Notes: generated by a model from the letters alone, not told the origin. A DNA stretch of 64,000 nt from Deinococcales bacterium (GCA_043778225.1 JAYWGM010000032.1:1-64000), one strand, 5' to 3'; positions 41,072-51,565 are shown, numbered from the stretch's first letter. A program made the numbers and translations.

Positions 41072-41761
41072 ATGAAAAAATTGTTTGCGATGGCGCTTTT
41101 TGCCCTGCTTGGAGTCTCGAGTTTTGCCCAAGAAAGACCTTTTGCGCCCAGTTGTGCCGAAACACTGCAATCTAACCCGACCGACTTTATGGAGCAGTAC
41201 ATCAGCAAAAACAACGACGGCAGCGAAGCCGGTCAAGACCAAGCCGCCTTGTATTGGGCAGACTGCATGGCAAAACGCAACCAAGCCAAACTTGCCAATT
41301 TTCCACAACTAAAAGCCAAAATAACAAATCTATATCGCTCGCAGAACGAATTTTTTAGTCTTGAGACCGAATTGGCTTACTTGGCAGGGGGTGGCGGCAC
41401 GATGTACCCACACGGCAGAGCCAGATTCCAACCGAGCATCGAAGAACATTTTGTTCAATTGATTGATTTATTAAGCACCAAAGCTGGCGCAGCCAAAAAT
41501 GCCAGCCTTACATTGCGCTACAATAAAGCCAAAAATACACTCGAGACACGGCTTCAAAAAGTACAAAGTAAACCCAATCCCTATATTGATGGGTATACCG
41601 TTGCCGAAGCAAATCAAAAGAAAAAAGAGTGGTTGAATTATGCCAAAACTTATGCCACCCAGTACAGCAATATCCGCAAGAACCTTGGCTCGAGTGCCGA
41701 CCTTGCCAGTACCACCATCCTCGAGTTTCTGGCTCGTGGAATTTGGGCAGAAGAACTATGA
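41072..41761 (+). CDS. Secreted hypothetical protein
   Basis: Signal peptide; TATACT 7 nt before ATG; overlaps the next start codon. Confidence 0.7.
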   Translation: MKKLFAMALFALLGVSSFAQERPFAPSCAETLQSNPTDFMEQYISKNNDGSEAGQDQAALYWADCMAKRNQAKLANFPQLKAKITNLYRSQNEFFSLETELAYLAGGGGTMYPHGRARFQPSIEEHFVQLIDLLSTKAGAAKNASLTLRYNKAKNTLETRLQKVQSKPNPYIDGYTVAEANQKKKEWLNYAKTYATQYSNIRKNLGSSADLASTTILEFLARGIWAEEL

Positions 41762-42711
41762 GTTTAACCGGTCAGCATACCCGAACTGGTTTTACCACTG
41801 CCAAACGCGGCTTAAATCATGATTCCTTTGCAATGCGTTTATGGCGCAAAGCTAAAAAATTTGGGATTTGGAATCCGTCAGAAATAGACTTTAGCCAAGA
41901 TACCAAAGACTGGCAGCAATTATCTGGTCTCGAGCAGCAAGTCTTGATTCATTTATCGGGCTTATTTCAGGCTGGCGAAGAAAGCGTGACGCTTGATTTA
42001 TTGCCTTTAATTCAAACCATTGCCAAAGAAGGGCGGCTTGAAGAAGAAATGTTCCTGACCAGTTTTTTATGGGAAGAAGCTAAACACATCGAAACCTTTG
42101 ACCGCTTTTGGACCAATGTGGTTGGGCATCACCCAGACCTCGAGCCATTTCATTCCGAGAGTTACCGCCAAATTATTTATCAGGCTTTGCCAAAAGCCCT
42201 ACACGCCCTCGAGACTGACCCCAGCCCGACTGCTCAAGCCCGTGCTAGTGTGACTTACAACATGATTGTTGAAGGGGTACTTGCCGAAACGGGTTATCAT
42301 GCTTACGGACAGATGCTCGAGCGCCACAAAATTTTGCCGGGAATGCGCCGTGCGATGCTGCTCTTTAAGCAAGATGAAAGCCGCCATATTGCGTATGGGG
42401 TGCATCTGCTGAGTCGTTTGGTTGCCGAACATGGCGACCCCGTGTGGGAAGTGATTGAAGCCGAAATGCAAACCCTGATTATGCCTGCAATTGGTGTGAT
42501 TAACGAAGTTTTTGATACTTACCAAGAAATGCCATTTGGTTTAGAAGCCGAAGATTTTATTGCTTATGCTTTTGGGCAGTTTCAACGCCGACTCGAGCGA
42601 ATCGAACGTGCCAGAGGTTTGAGTCTCGAGGAAGTCGTAGGCAAAGAAAGTCATGACCTCGAGCAAGCCGAAGTGACTTCTCCACTCGAGCAAGCCGAAG
42701 TAGCGGACTAA
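41758..42711 (+). CDS. R2-like ligand-binding oxidase (R2lox)
   Basis: GEESVTLDLLP, EEAKH, IVEGVLAETGY, DESRH; no R1 gene nearby. Confidence 0.9.
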   Translation: MSLTGQHTRTGFTTAKRGLNHDSFAMRLWRKAKKFGIWNPSEIDFSQDTKDWQQLSGLEQQVLIHLSGLFQAGEESVTLDLLPLIQTIAKEGRLEEEMFLTSFLWEEAKHIETFDRFWTNVVGHHPDLEPFHSESYRQIIYQALPKALHALETDPSPTAQARASVTYNMIVEGVLAETGYHAYGQMLERHKILPGMRRAMLLFKQDESRHIAYGVHLLSRLVAEHGDPVWEVIEAEMQTLIMPAIGVINEVFDTYQEMPFGLEAEDFIAYAFGQFQRRLERIERARGLSLEEVVGKESHDLEQAEVTSPLEQAEVAD

Positions 42712-42714
42712 AGT

Positions 42715-43125
42715 ATGGCAAAAGACCTTTTCCATCAGATTGTTCGTCATGCACTCGAAAAAGATGGATGGAAAATCACCAAAGACCCGTTTGCTTTTAG
42801 GTATGGTGAAACCAGCTTTGAAATTGATTTGGGTGCAGAACGTTTAATTGCAGCAGAGCGAGAAAATATGCTCATCGCTGTTGAAATCAAAAGTTTTATC
42901 CAGCCTTCAACCTCGAATGAATTCCATGCAGCCCTTGGACAATACCTTGCCTATCATTATGCACTTGGACAGTTTGAACCTGAGCGCCTTCTTTATTTGG
43001 CTGTACCAAAAGATACCTACCAAAGTTTTTTCCAGCGCCAATTTGCTCGAGAAATCGTGGCACTCCACAAATTAAGAATCCTCGTTTACAATCAACAAAC
43101 AGAGGTGATAGAAACATGGTACTGA
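42715..43125 (+). CDS. xisH: XisH-family protein
   Basis: AKDLFH, ALEKDGW, IDLGAE, AVEIKSF, FHAALGQY, LYLAVP. Confidence 0.88.
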   Translation: MAKDLFHQIVRHALEKDGWKITKDPFAFRYGETSFEIDLGAERLIAAERENMLIAVEIKSFIQPSTSNEFHAALGQYLAYHYALGQFEPERLLYLAVPKDTYQSFFQRQFAREIVALHKLRILVYNQQTEVIETWY

Positions 43126-43466
43126 AACAATACAAGCAAGCCATTCATCATGTCTTTGAGACATTAAAATCCCATCATGCACTCATGCCAACTGGGATTG
43201 AACGCCAGTTTATTCTTGACGATGAAAACGGGCATTATCAAATTCTTGATGTTGGCTGGGAATCCCAAAAATTCATTCATGACATTATGGTACATATTGA
43301 CATCAAACAAGATTTTATTTGGCTACAAGCTGATAATACCGATTATGGTATTGCCGAAGCCTTACTCGAGCAAGGCATACCAAAAAATCGAATTGTGCTT
43401 GGTTTTCATGCCCCATTCAAACGAAAATTTACGGGATTTGCCACAGGACAAGAGCTACCTGCTTAA
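43116..43466 (+). CDS. xisI: XisI-family protein
   Basis: HYQILDVGW, HIDIK, IWLQADNT, GIPKNRIVLGFH. Confidence 0.88.
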   Translation: MVLKQYKQAIHHVFETLKSHHALMPTGIERQFILDDENGHYQILDVGWESQKFIHDIMVHIDIKQDFIWLQADNTDYGIAEALLEQGIPKNRIVLGFHAPFKRKFTGFATGQELPA

Positions 43467-43472
43467 AATAAT

Positions 43473-45914
43473 TTACGTTGCCTCACGGCATAAATCTTGA
43501 TACGAACACGTCCGACAATGAAACCCCACCACTGCCCGAACCACCCCAGACTCGAGGTCGTTTTTGGCTTTTTCAAGCACTGCCCGACTCTCGAGACGGC
43601 GCTTGAGGCTTTTTTCGCTGGCTGGATTCATAATGTTTTTATGTCTGCCCTCGGGGTCTACGGCACAAAAAGCAACCCGCAGACCATTTTCGATCGCTAG
43701 GTCGGCAAACCACCATTCGCGGTGGCGGTTGTTGTCGCGGTATGCCTCCCAAGCCTCTTCGAGGTTCTCTACCCGCCGATAAATCTCGAGCAATTTGGCT
43801 TTGCCATTTGGGTCGTTACGGCGAATCAGACCATCGAGGCGAAATTCAATGCCTTGGCTGGTGTACACAAAGGGCTGCATTTCTGGACTGGACTGGTTCT
43901 GCTCGAGGCTGGCTTCGAGCAGCCGCAAAAAAGTTGGGTCGAAACGCTCAAAATTGTTGGGCAGAGTTTCTTTTTGTGGCTGGTTGCGCCGCAGATTTTT
44001 TAAGACCAAACTCGGTACGAGGCTCGAACTCGAGTTTAGGGGTAATAAACGCCCAGCCCAAGCCCGCAAGCCGCAACGTGCCACACCCTCGAGTTCGGTA
44101 GCACTAAATGGCTCAGTACGGGCAGCTACCCGAAAAGTGCCACTCGAGACGACTTGGTTGGGCGTGGCTTTGGTGTGCGCCAATTCAAGCATTCCGGCGG
44201 TCTGGTTAAATTCGGCTTCGATGCTTAAACCCAGTCGTGCCAAACGCGGATGAGCCGCTAAACTTGCGCCGCGCTCGGCTTTGGCAAAACTGATAATCAA
44301 TTCCTCATTGGCTCGAGTCAGGGTATCGTACAAGGTACTGTCGGCTAAACCATTCATTCGCAGTGGCAATTGCTGGGTATGTTGACCAAGAAGCTGCTCG
44401 AGTTGTGTGCGGCTGTCTTCTGGCACAAAGAAATCCTCGTTCTCGAGGTTCTGGTATGCCCCTTGGGTCACACCAAGCACCATGACTTTCTGAAAACGTC
44501 TGCCACTGGCTTCGGCTGGGGTTAAAACCGCCACCCCACGCCCAGCCTCGGGGTGTGCCAGTGCCGAGGCTTGCAGCAGGGTTTGTAACCACTCGGTAAA
44601 CTGTGTGCCCTCGCCCGAGAGTAATCTGGCGGCTTCTCGAGCCAAAACCCGCGCCGACTCGAGCCACGAAGCCGTCGGAATCAGCCGCTCCAGCAAAACT
44701 TCAAACCATGGCACAAAATCGCTTGCTGGTGGGGTCAGCCAAATTTTTAAGTCATCCAGAACTGCCCATGCAGTTTCTAATTCTGGGGTGAGTTGCCGAT
44801 ATGGGCTGCTGCCACCGTGCAAACCACGTTGCTCGAGGGTCTTGGCTAAAATTTCGAGTTCGGGAAAAACCAATGCCAAAACCCGTAATTCTGGAGCTGG
44901 AAAATCTCGCTTTGGGGCAACAAGGGCTGCCTCGAGAACCCGCCCAAAAGCAGTTTCGAGTAAGCCACCCAAGGATTCTGGCGCAAGTGGTACGTGGTAT
45001 TCTCGCGCCAATGCCTCCAAGACCCGCGCCGAAACATGGCTTGGCACAAGCAACGCCAGACTCGAGGCATCAAATCCTTGTAGCAACCACGCTTTGACCT
45101 GACGCAAGGCGGCTCGAGCTTCTGAAACGGGGTTGGCACTGGCACGCAGCCGCACGGTTTTGGCTAAACCCGCCCATGGTTTACCCGAGGCTTCTAAGCG
45201 CTCTAGCTTTGCCCCCAAAACCGCCACAATCGCCCGCAGTTCGGATAAGCCAACAGGGTGCGCCCAGACTTCGTGGCTGGTGTCTGGAGCGCCACTCGGC
45301 AGGGTGATTAAGGATGAAATCGCTTGGCTCGAGAGAACCCGAATGGCGCTTAATTCTGAAGGGTTAAAGGTTCTGTAGCCATCCACCACAAAATGCGCCC
45401 CGAGTGTCAATGGACTATCCTCGAGCAACTGTGCTGCCCTGAGCCGCACATCGTCTAAATCTTGTAAATCTTCGGACTCAAGCAGTGCCTGATAATCGCG
45501 GTAGACCAGCGCTAAAGTATCCTGATAGCTTTCGCCAACCGTTTGTGGCACAAATAAAGCCCGTTTGCACTCGGCAATCGCTTGGGCATAGAGCCGTGCC
45601 TCGCCGGGTTGCACGCCGCGTCCCAAAACATTTTCGAGCGCTCGAGCCGTCAGGGCGACCCGTCCGGGGTTTAAGACCACACCTTTATTTGCACCCAGTC
45701 TGTCGAGCATTCGGTAGCATAAATTTTGCAAATTGGTAACTTCTACACCCAAACTCGAGCCAAGACTTGCCAGTCCCTCGAGCCAAAAAGAGCGCTGGCT
45801 GGGCAGGGTCAGGACAATCACCCGTTCAAAATCGAGTGCTTTAGCATAAGCAAAACGCTGCGCGGCGCGGGTTTTACCACTGCCCGAAGCCCCAACCAGC
45901 AAACGCACCGACAT
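43473..45914 (-). CDS. AddB/RexB-like helicase-fold protein with C-terminal PD-(D/E)XK Fe-S nuclease-like domain
   Basis: N-terminal GASGSGKT; FSATELE..ARC; C-terminal CRTCSYQDLC. Confidence 0.65.
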   Translation of the reverse strand: MSVRLLVGASGSGKTRAAQRFAYAKALDFERVIVLTLPSQRSFWLEGLASLGSSLGVEVTNLQNLCYRMLDRLGANKGVVLNPGRVALTARALENVLGRGVQPGEARLYAQAIAECKRALFVPQTVGESYQDTLALVYRDYQALLESEDLQDLDDVRLRAAQLLEDSPLTLGAHFVVDGYRTFNPSELSAIRVLSSQAISSLITLPSGAPDTSHEVWAHPVGLSELRAIVAVLGAKLERLEASGKPWAGLAKTVRLRASANPVSEARAALRQVKAWLLQGFDASSLALLVPSHVSARVLEALAREYHVPLAPESLGGLLETAFGRVLEAALVAPKRDFPAPELRVLALVFPELEILAKTLEQRGLHGGSSPYRQLTPELETAWAVLDDLKIWLTPPASDFVPWFEVLLERLIPTASWLESARVLAREAARLLSGEGTQFTEWLQTLLQASALAHPEAGRGVAVLTPAEASGRRFQKVMVLGVTQGAYQNLENEDFFVPEDSRTQLEQLLGQHTQQLPLRMNGLADSTLYDTLTRANEELIISFAKAERGASLAAHPRLARLGLSIEAEFNQTAGMLELAHTKATPNQVVSSGTFRVAARTEPFSATELEGVARCGLRAWAGRLLPLNSSSSLVPSLVLKNLRRNQPQKETLPNNFERFDPTFLRLLEASLEQNQSSPEMQPFVYTSQGIEFRLDGLIRRNDPNGKAKLLEIYRRVENLEEAWEAYRDNNRHREWWFADLAIENGLRVAFCAVDPEGRHKNIMNPASEKSLKRRLESRAVLEKAKNDLESGVVRAVVGFHCRTCSYQDLCREAT

Positions 45915-45922
45915 TATACCTC

Positions 45923-47506
45923 TTAGCTCGTCCCCAAGAGTTCTCTGGCATGGGCGATGGCGGTGTTGGATTCCAAACCCGAAAGCATTCGGGCAAGTTC
46001 GCGCACCCTTGCGTCTTGGTCAAGGCGCTTAACTCGAGTTACGGTGCGCCCGTTTTCTTCAAATTTTTCGACTTTATAATGGTGGCTGGCTCGAGCCGCA
46101 ATTTGGGCTAAGTGGGTCACCACCAAGACCTGATGAGTTTGGGCAAGTTGTGCCAGTTGCTCGGCAACCGCCAGCGCGGCTTGTCCGCCAATACCCGCAT
46201 CCACTTCATCAAAAATCACAGTTGGGGTATTTGCCCCCAGCACGGTCGAAAGCGCTAACATCACACGGCTCAGTTCGCCGCCCGAGGCAATTTTACTTAA
46301 ATCGCCAAGGTCTTCGCCACTGTTGGCGGTAAACCGAATCTCGATGCTCTCTGCGCCGTGTGTGCCGATTTCGATTGGCAACAGCAAAAACTCGAGTCTG
46401 GCTTTGGGCATTCCAAGGTTTTGAATCACTTGCTCGAGTTGTGGTGCAACCCGCAGGGCGGCGGCTTGTCGGGCAACTGTCAGGTTTTGGGCGTGAGTCA
46501 GCAGTTGGCTGTGTAACTCAGCCAACTGCTGCTCGAGGTCGGCAGCATCGGTGGTGGCACGTTCGAGTTCGCTGATTTCGGAGCGCAGTGTTTGGGCATA
46601 CAAAAGCACATCGGCTAAGGTTGCGCCGTATTTATTTTTAAGTTTCTCGAGCAGCGCTAAACGGCTTTCGGTGTTGTCAAGGTTTTCGGGGTCAGAAGCG
46701 GTGCTGTCCACGACATCGCGCACCTCGCCAACAATCGCTTGAACACTCGATAAGGCTTCACGCAATTCAAGACTTAACTGGGCGGCTCGAGGCTCAAAAC
46801 GCCCAGCGTTATTTAAGAACTTGACCGCATCGGCAAGCGCAGAAATAGCATTGACATCGGCTTCATCTAAAACCTCGAGCGCACTCGAGGCATCTTGGGT
46901 AATCCGTTCGGCATTTAAGAGCCGTTCGCGCTCGAGCCGCAGGGTGGCTTCTTCATCGGCGGTCAGGTTAGCTTCTTCGATTTCGCGCACTTGGTACAAC
47001 AATAAATCCATACGTCGGGTGCGTTCGCGCTCTGAATTTTGTAGCCGCTCGAGTCGAGTTTTGGCACTGGCATACAAATTAAAAGACCATTTAAAGGTCT
47101 CGAGTATTGATTTATCCGCTAAGGCTGAATCTAAAAAATCACGGTGATACTTGGGGTCTAAAAGTGCTTGGGCAGCGTGTTGCCAATGCACCGTCACCAT
47201 TTTGGCGGCTGCCTCTGCCAGTTCTTTGTTGCTGACCACTTCGCCATCCACTCGAGCCACACTGCGCCCACCGACCGAAACCCGCCGCGAGAGCATTACC
47301 CCATCCCAAAAACCAGTCACCACCAGACTTTCTGTACCTTGCCGCACCAATTCGGTATCGGCTCGAGCGCCAGTTAGAAGCCAAATGGCATCCACGATAA
47401 TGCTTTTACCAGCCCCTGTTTCGCCGGTAAAAACATTAAAACCATTGTTCAACTCGAGTTCGAGTGAATCTATCAGGGCTAAGTTATGAACCTCGAGTCG
47501 CTGCAC
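45923..47506 (-). CDS. recN: DNA repair protein RecN
   Basis: TGETGAGKSII, ASGGELSRVML, FDEVDAG, VTHLAQIA. Confidence 0.96.
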   Translation of the reverse strand: MQRLEVHNLALIDSLELELNNGFNVFTGETGAGKSIIVDAIWLLTGARADTELVRQGTESLVVTGFWDGVMLSRRVSVGGRSVARVDGEVVSNKELAEAAAKMVTVHWQHAAQALLDPKYHRDFLDSALADKSILETFKWSFNLYASAKTRLERLQNSERERTRRMDLLLYQVREIEEANLTADEEATLRLERERLLNAERITQDASSALEVLDEADVNAISALADAVKFLNNAGRFEPRAAQLSLELREALSSVQAIVGEVRDVVDSTASDPENLDNTESRLALLEKLKNKYGATLADVLLYAQTLRSEISELERATTDAADLEQQLAELHSQLLTHAQNLTVARQAAALRVAPQLEQVIQNLGMPKARLEFLLLPIEIGTHGAESIEIRFTANSGEDLGDLSKIASGGELSRVMLALSTVLGANTPTVIFDEVDAGIGGQAALAVAEQLAQLAQTHQVLVVTHLAQIAARASHHYKVEKFEENGRTVTRVKRLDQDARVRELARMLSGLESNTAIAHARELLGTS

Positions 47507-47562
47507 CAGTCCAGTATACCAAGATAGGATTTGACTTATCTTGGCAACTCGACAAAAGTCAT

Positions 47563-48144
47563 CTATTTCAAAATCTGCACTGGATAGCCCGAAACGCCAA
47601 CATCAAAATTGGTCAGGTTAATCGTGACGGTGGTGTTGCTGGTTGCCACAAAGCTGACTCGAGCGCCAATCTTAAATTGTCCAGACTTGATACGGTTAAA
47701 AGCGTTGGCGCAAAGGGTTGGACTGCTGGCGGTCAGACTTAAATCCACCTTAACTGGATTTGTGCCGTCCACAGTTAAATCGCCAACACAATTTGCGCCA
47801 GTCGGAACTTTGTTGTTCGGGTCATAAAGCGTAACATTGGTGGCGCTGCTTGGACCAACGTATAACTCGAGTGTGCCATTGATTGCCCCAGCCACACTCG
47901 AGACAATGCCGGCATCTATTTTCAGGGCAATTCGGGTTAAGAAACTTAGGCTTGGCAGCGGCACAGCCAAGCCATTTTCTGGAATCGGGATATTGATGGC
48001 TGGTCCAGCCGTGACATTTTGCGTGGTTGTGCGGTTGGCGGCTGGAATAAAACTATCGCCATCCACGTTAATGTTAATCAGGGTAGCAGTGCTGCAAGCG
48101 CTAAAAATGGTTGCTAAGGCTGCCACTAAAAATAATTTTTTCAT
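47563..48144 (-). CDS. Lipoprotein, function unknown
   Basis: Lipobox FSAC after a hydrophobic leader; beta-rich. Confidence 0.75.
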   Translation of the reverse strand: MKKLFLVAALATIFSACSTATLININVDGDSFIPAANRTTTQNVTAGPAINIPIPENGLAVPLPSLSFLTRIALKIDAGIVSSVAGAINGTLELYVGPSSATNVTLYDPNNKVPTGANCVGDLTVDGTNPVKVDLSLTASSPTLCANAFNRIKSGQFKIGARVSFVATSNTTVTINLTNFDVGVSGYPVQILK

Positions 48145-48153
48145 ATCTCTCCT

Positions 48154-49572
48154 TTAGAAGCCAAAGCGCAAGGCTGCCGCAATGCCCCAAGATGTTCCGC
48201 CAATAAACGGAGTCGGATGAGCAGTCAAAGCAAGGTCTAAACCGATACCGGGTGCAAACTCGAGTCCAGCCCCAATCCCAAAGCGAAAACGCCCGCTCTC
48301 GAGTCCAATACCGCCACGAACCACAAACAGCACCCATTGGGCTTCTACCCCAAGGTGCAAATTGAGACTGCCGCGTCCAAGTTGAGCATCGAGCATCGCC
48401 AGCACCCGAAAACCTCCAGCCAAGCTGAATGTGCCAGCCAGATTGGCGGTAAAAAGTGGATTGAAATTAATGCCACCTCGAGTGGCGGCGGTCGGTGGCG
48501 TAACCGTGGTCACACCTGTCACACCATCATAGACCGTGCGAAATTCTGTGCCTGTCCAGGTGTTGGCTTCGACCAAACCAATAATCCCCAAACCAACTGT
48601 AAATTTCTCGAGTTCTGGCACACCAAGGCTTGCACCCGCTAAATCGATCACCACCCCAAAATCGCCAGCCACCCCGTAGCCCAAACCATTGCTAAAATCA
48701 GAACCAAGGCTGCTTGCCAAAGGACTCGAGACAAAATAGGTGTATTCATAACCGATTTTTGCGTCGGTTAAAGCAGGGGTTGAGCCTCGGGTGATGTTGA
48801 TTAAAGCTCGACCATCGGCATAGGCAGCCCCGAAAAAACCACTGGCTCGAGCGCCAAGATAGACTTTTGTGCTGTCAAAGGCAAGCGGTGTACTAAAGGC
48901 TAAGTCGAGCGAAACACCCGCCGCGCCTTGTCCACTGGCAACCACCGCATTTGCATAATCGGAACTGAGGTTGCCGTCGGCAACATCGGCAATCAGGGCT
49001 TGGTCAATGCGTGGTGAACTGGGTGCAATGTTGGCAAAAACACCCATTTTAATCGAAACAGGTCCAATGCTAAAGGGTAGGCTTAAAAATGGGGTCACGC
49101 CACTGGTGGCGCTCGGTGTACCAAAAAGACTGCCAAGGCTCGAGAAATCAAGGCTGATGGGGCGGTTATTGGTGACATCAAATAAACTGATTCCACTGGC
49201 ACTGAGGTTAATCGTCAGTTCGCCGGGTGGGGTTGGGGTATTCAAAATAAAGCTATTGAGGTGGGTGGCTTGGTCAAACGCCGCCAAGAAATTAAAGACT
49301 TTTTGTGGTGGGTTGCTGAGGTACGGCGAGCGGTTACTCAAAAAATCAAGCACATTCATCTGTGGATTCAGCACAAAATTGAGTAAACCCACAGGCAAGC
49401 TAAAACCGCCACCGCGTCCGTCGGCAGGGTAACTGAGGTAGGCTGGATTGTACGGCGATAACCCAGGACCCGGCACAAGTGCGCCGCCTAAACCCAATGA
49501 ACGCACGTCCTGAGCCAGTGCCGCACCCGCCAAGGCGAAGACCAAACCAATTGCCGATAAAACTCGTTTCAT
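48154..49572 (-). CDS. Putative outer-membrane beta-barrel protein
   Basis: Signal peptide, RSLGLGGA start, amphipathic strands, terminal Phe. Confidence 0.65.
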   Translation of the reverse strand: MKRVLSAIGLVFALAGAALAQDVRSLGLGGALVPGPGLSPYNPAYLSYPADGRGGGFSLPVGLLNFVLNPQMNVLDFLSNRSPYLSNPPQKVFNFLAAFDQATHLNSFILNTPTPPGELTINLSASGISLFDVTNNRPISLDFSSLGSLFGTPSATSGVTPFLSLPFSIGPVSIKMGVFANIAPSSPRIDQALIADVADGNLSSDYANAVVASGQGAAGVSLDLAFSTPLAFDSTKVYLGARASGFFGAAYADGRALINITRGSTPALTDAKIGYEYTYFVSSPLASSLGSDFSNGLGYGVAGDFGVVIDLAGASLGVPELEKFTVGLGIIGLVEANTWTGTEFRTVYDGVTGVTTVTPPTAATRGGINFNPLFTANLAGTFSLAGGFRVLAMLDAQLGRGSLNLHLGVEAQWVLFVVRGGIGLESGRFRFGIGAGLEFAPGIGLDLALTAHPTPFIGGTSWGIAAALRFGF

Positions 49573-49608
49573 AAGACCTCCAAGTGCTTGCACTCTAAAC
49601 CAATTGAT

Positions 49609-50328
49609 TTAGAGTGGTCGTTCTGCCTCGAGCAACACAATTGCCTCAAGCGCAGTTTGAATCATGGTCGTTACACCCATTTTTAAGACCTCATCTGGCA
49701 CTAAATTCTCATCGCCAATATAATTAGAGACCGCCACAATTGCGCCACTCTCGAGTCCACGCAGTCGCGCCACGGTAAAAACCGCACTGGATTCCATCTC
49801 GAGTCCAAGCACCCCACGGGTGTCGTATAAACCACGGGCTTCTTGGGGAGTGACCGCATAAAAAGCATCGTCGGAGGCAATTAAACCAACATGATGCCGC
49901 TTTGCCCCAGCCGCCACCTCGAGCGCCCTGACGACACGGTAATCAGCAATCGGTGCATGGTTACCTTCGCCTAGGTATTGGCGTGTTGTGCCGTCTCGAG
50001 CCAGTGCTGCTTGGGCAATCACCAAATCAGCGGGTTTCAGGTTTGGGCTTGTGCCGCCACACGTCCCAATCCGAATCAGCAGTTTTGCACCAAGCATCGC
50101 CAGTTCTTCAACTGCAATGGCTGCACTCGGGCAACCCATCATCGTGGTTTGCACCGAAACCCGAATGCCTTTGTAATGACCAGTGTAGCCAAGCATTCCA
50201 CGATGTTCGGTGTACAGCACGGCATCCTCGAGAAAATGTTCGGCAACAAACTTGGCTCGGTTGGGGTCGCCGGGCAAAAGCACATAGGGGGCTATATCGC
50301 TTGGGTTGGCTCGGATATGAATCGGCAT
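49609..50328 (-). CDS. deoD: Purine-nucleoside phosphorylase (PNP/UDP family)
   Basis: LPGDPNRA, RIGTCG, SDDAFY, LEMES. Confidence 0.88.
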   Translation of the reverse strand: MPIHIRANPSDIAPYVLLPGDPNRAKFVAEHFLEDAVLYTEHRGMLGYTGHYKGIRVSVQTTMMGCPSAAIAVEELAMLGAKLLIRIGTCGGTSPNLKPADLVIAQAALARDGTTRQYLGEGNHAPIADYRVVRALEVAAGAKRHHVGLIASDDAFYAVTPQEARGLYDTRGVLGLEMESSAVFTVARLRGLESGAIVAVSNYIGDENLVPDEVLKMGVTTMIQTALEAIVLLEAERPL

Positions 50329-50408
50329 AGACAGCAGTCTACCCGTAAATCGCTGACTTGAGGGCTGGAGCTTGTCACTTTTGCCAAAAAATCCCGTACA
50401 CTAAGCCT

Positions 50409-51509
50409 ATGTTGAATTGGTTACTGGTGCTGGTCCCGATAGCGTTTATCCTCGAGTTTTTTGTTCACCCTGGGGATATGTGGATATTTATCGTCTCAGC
50501 CGCCGCAATTTTACCCTTGGCGGGCTTGATGGGCAAAGCCACCGAAGAACTGGCAGCCCGCACTGGCGCAACCATTGGCGGCTTACTCAATGCCACCTTT
50601 GGCAATGCGACCGAGTTAATCATTGCCTTTTTTGCTTTGTCGGCTGGAAAATTTGATGTTGTGAAAGCCAGTATTACTGGCAGCATTATCGGCAATCTAC
50701 TGTTGGTGCTTGGTCTAGCCCTCTTTTTAGGTGGCTTAAAATACCCCAAACAAACTTTTAACCGTGAAAGCGCTGGTACAGCCGCCAGTTTATTGGTCAT
50801 CAGCGTGATTGCTTTTTTAGTCCCCGCCCTATTTGACATCACCGAAAAGCAATTTGGCATCTCGAGCGCCCAAGTGAAAATAGATGATGCTAACCTTGCG
50901 CTCGGTGTTTCTTTTGTGCTGCTGGCATTGTATGCCGCCAACATTATATTTACCTTAATCACCCACAAAGATATTCTATCCACTTCCGATGAAGCCGAAG
51001 CTGAGCATCATGTCACCCAATGGAGTGTGCCAGTCGCCCTTGGCGTGTTGCTGGGTAGCACCGTGTTGGTTGGCTTTATGTCCGAATTTTTGGTCGGCAG
51101 CATCGAAGGCTTTACCAAGACTTTTGGCTTGTCCGAATTTTTTGTCGGTCTCATTATTATTCCAATTGTTGGTAACGCTGCCGAACACGCCAGTGCGGTG
51201 GTTTTTGCGATGAAAAACCGTATGGGTTTAGCGATTACGATTGCTGTTGGCAGCACCATTCAAGTGGCATTGTTGGTTGCTCCAATTTTGGTTATTTTAT
51301 CGTGGGTGATTGGCAAACCAATGGACTTGGTGCTGAACAACCCGCTCGAGATTGTGACTTTAATTGGTGCGGTTTTAATCGGTAACAGTGTGACAAGGGA
51401 CGGTGAAACCAACTGGCTCGAGGGATTTATGCTGCTTGGTGTCTATGTGATTCTAGCGCTGGCGTTTTTCTTTCTGCCTAATCCAACAGGTATTGCTGGG
51501 CATGGGTAA
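50409..51509 (+). CDS. cax: Ca2+/H+ antiporter
   Basis: NATFGNATE, PIVGNAAEH, NWLEG. Confidence 0.92.
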   Translation: MLNWLLVLVPIAFILEFFVHPGDMWIFIVSAAAILPLAGLMGKATEELAARTGATIGGLLNATFGNATELIIAFFALSAGKFDVVKASITGSIIGNLLLVLGLALFLGGLKYPKQTFNRESAGTAASLLVISVIAFLVPALFDITEKQFGISSAQVKIDDANLALGVSFVLLALYAANIIFTLITHKDILSTSDEAEAEHHVTQWSVPVALGVLLGSTVLVGFMSEFLVGSIEGFTKTFGLSEFFVGLIIIPIVGNAAEHASAVVFAMKNRMGLAITIAVGSTIQVALLVAPILVILSWVIGKPMDLVLNNPLEIVTLIGAVLIGNSVTRDGETNWLEGFMLLGVYVILALAFFFLPNPTGIAGHG

Positions 51510-51565
51510 AACTTGCAATTCTTGAGTGACTGTGCGACAATCCCAAAGCTCGAGAGATTACTCGA

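Noticed and set aside
42658..42702. 17-bp direct repeat at the R2lox 3' end (LEQAEV twice)
   Set aside because: A small CTCGAG-anchored duplication in a variable tail with no evident function.
41758..42711. Ribonucleotide reductase beta subunit
   Set aside because: Motifs match R2lox and no R1 gene is adjacent.
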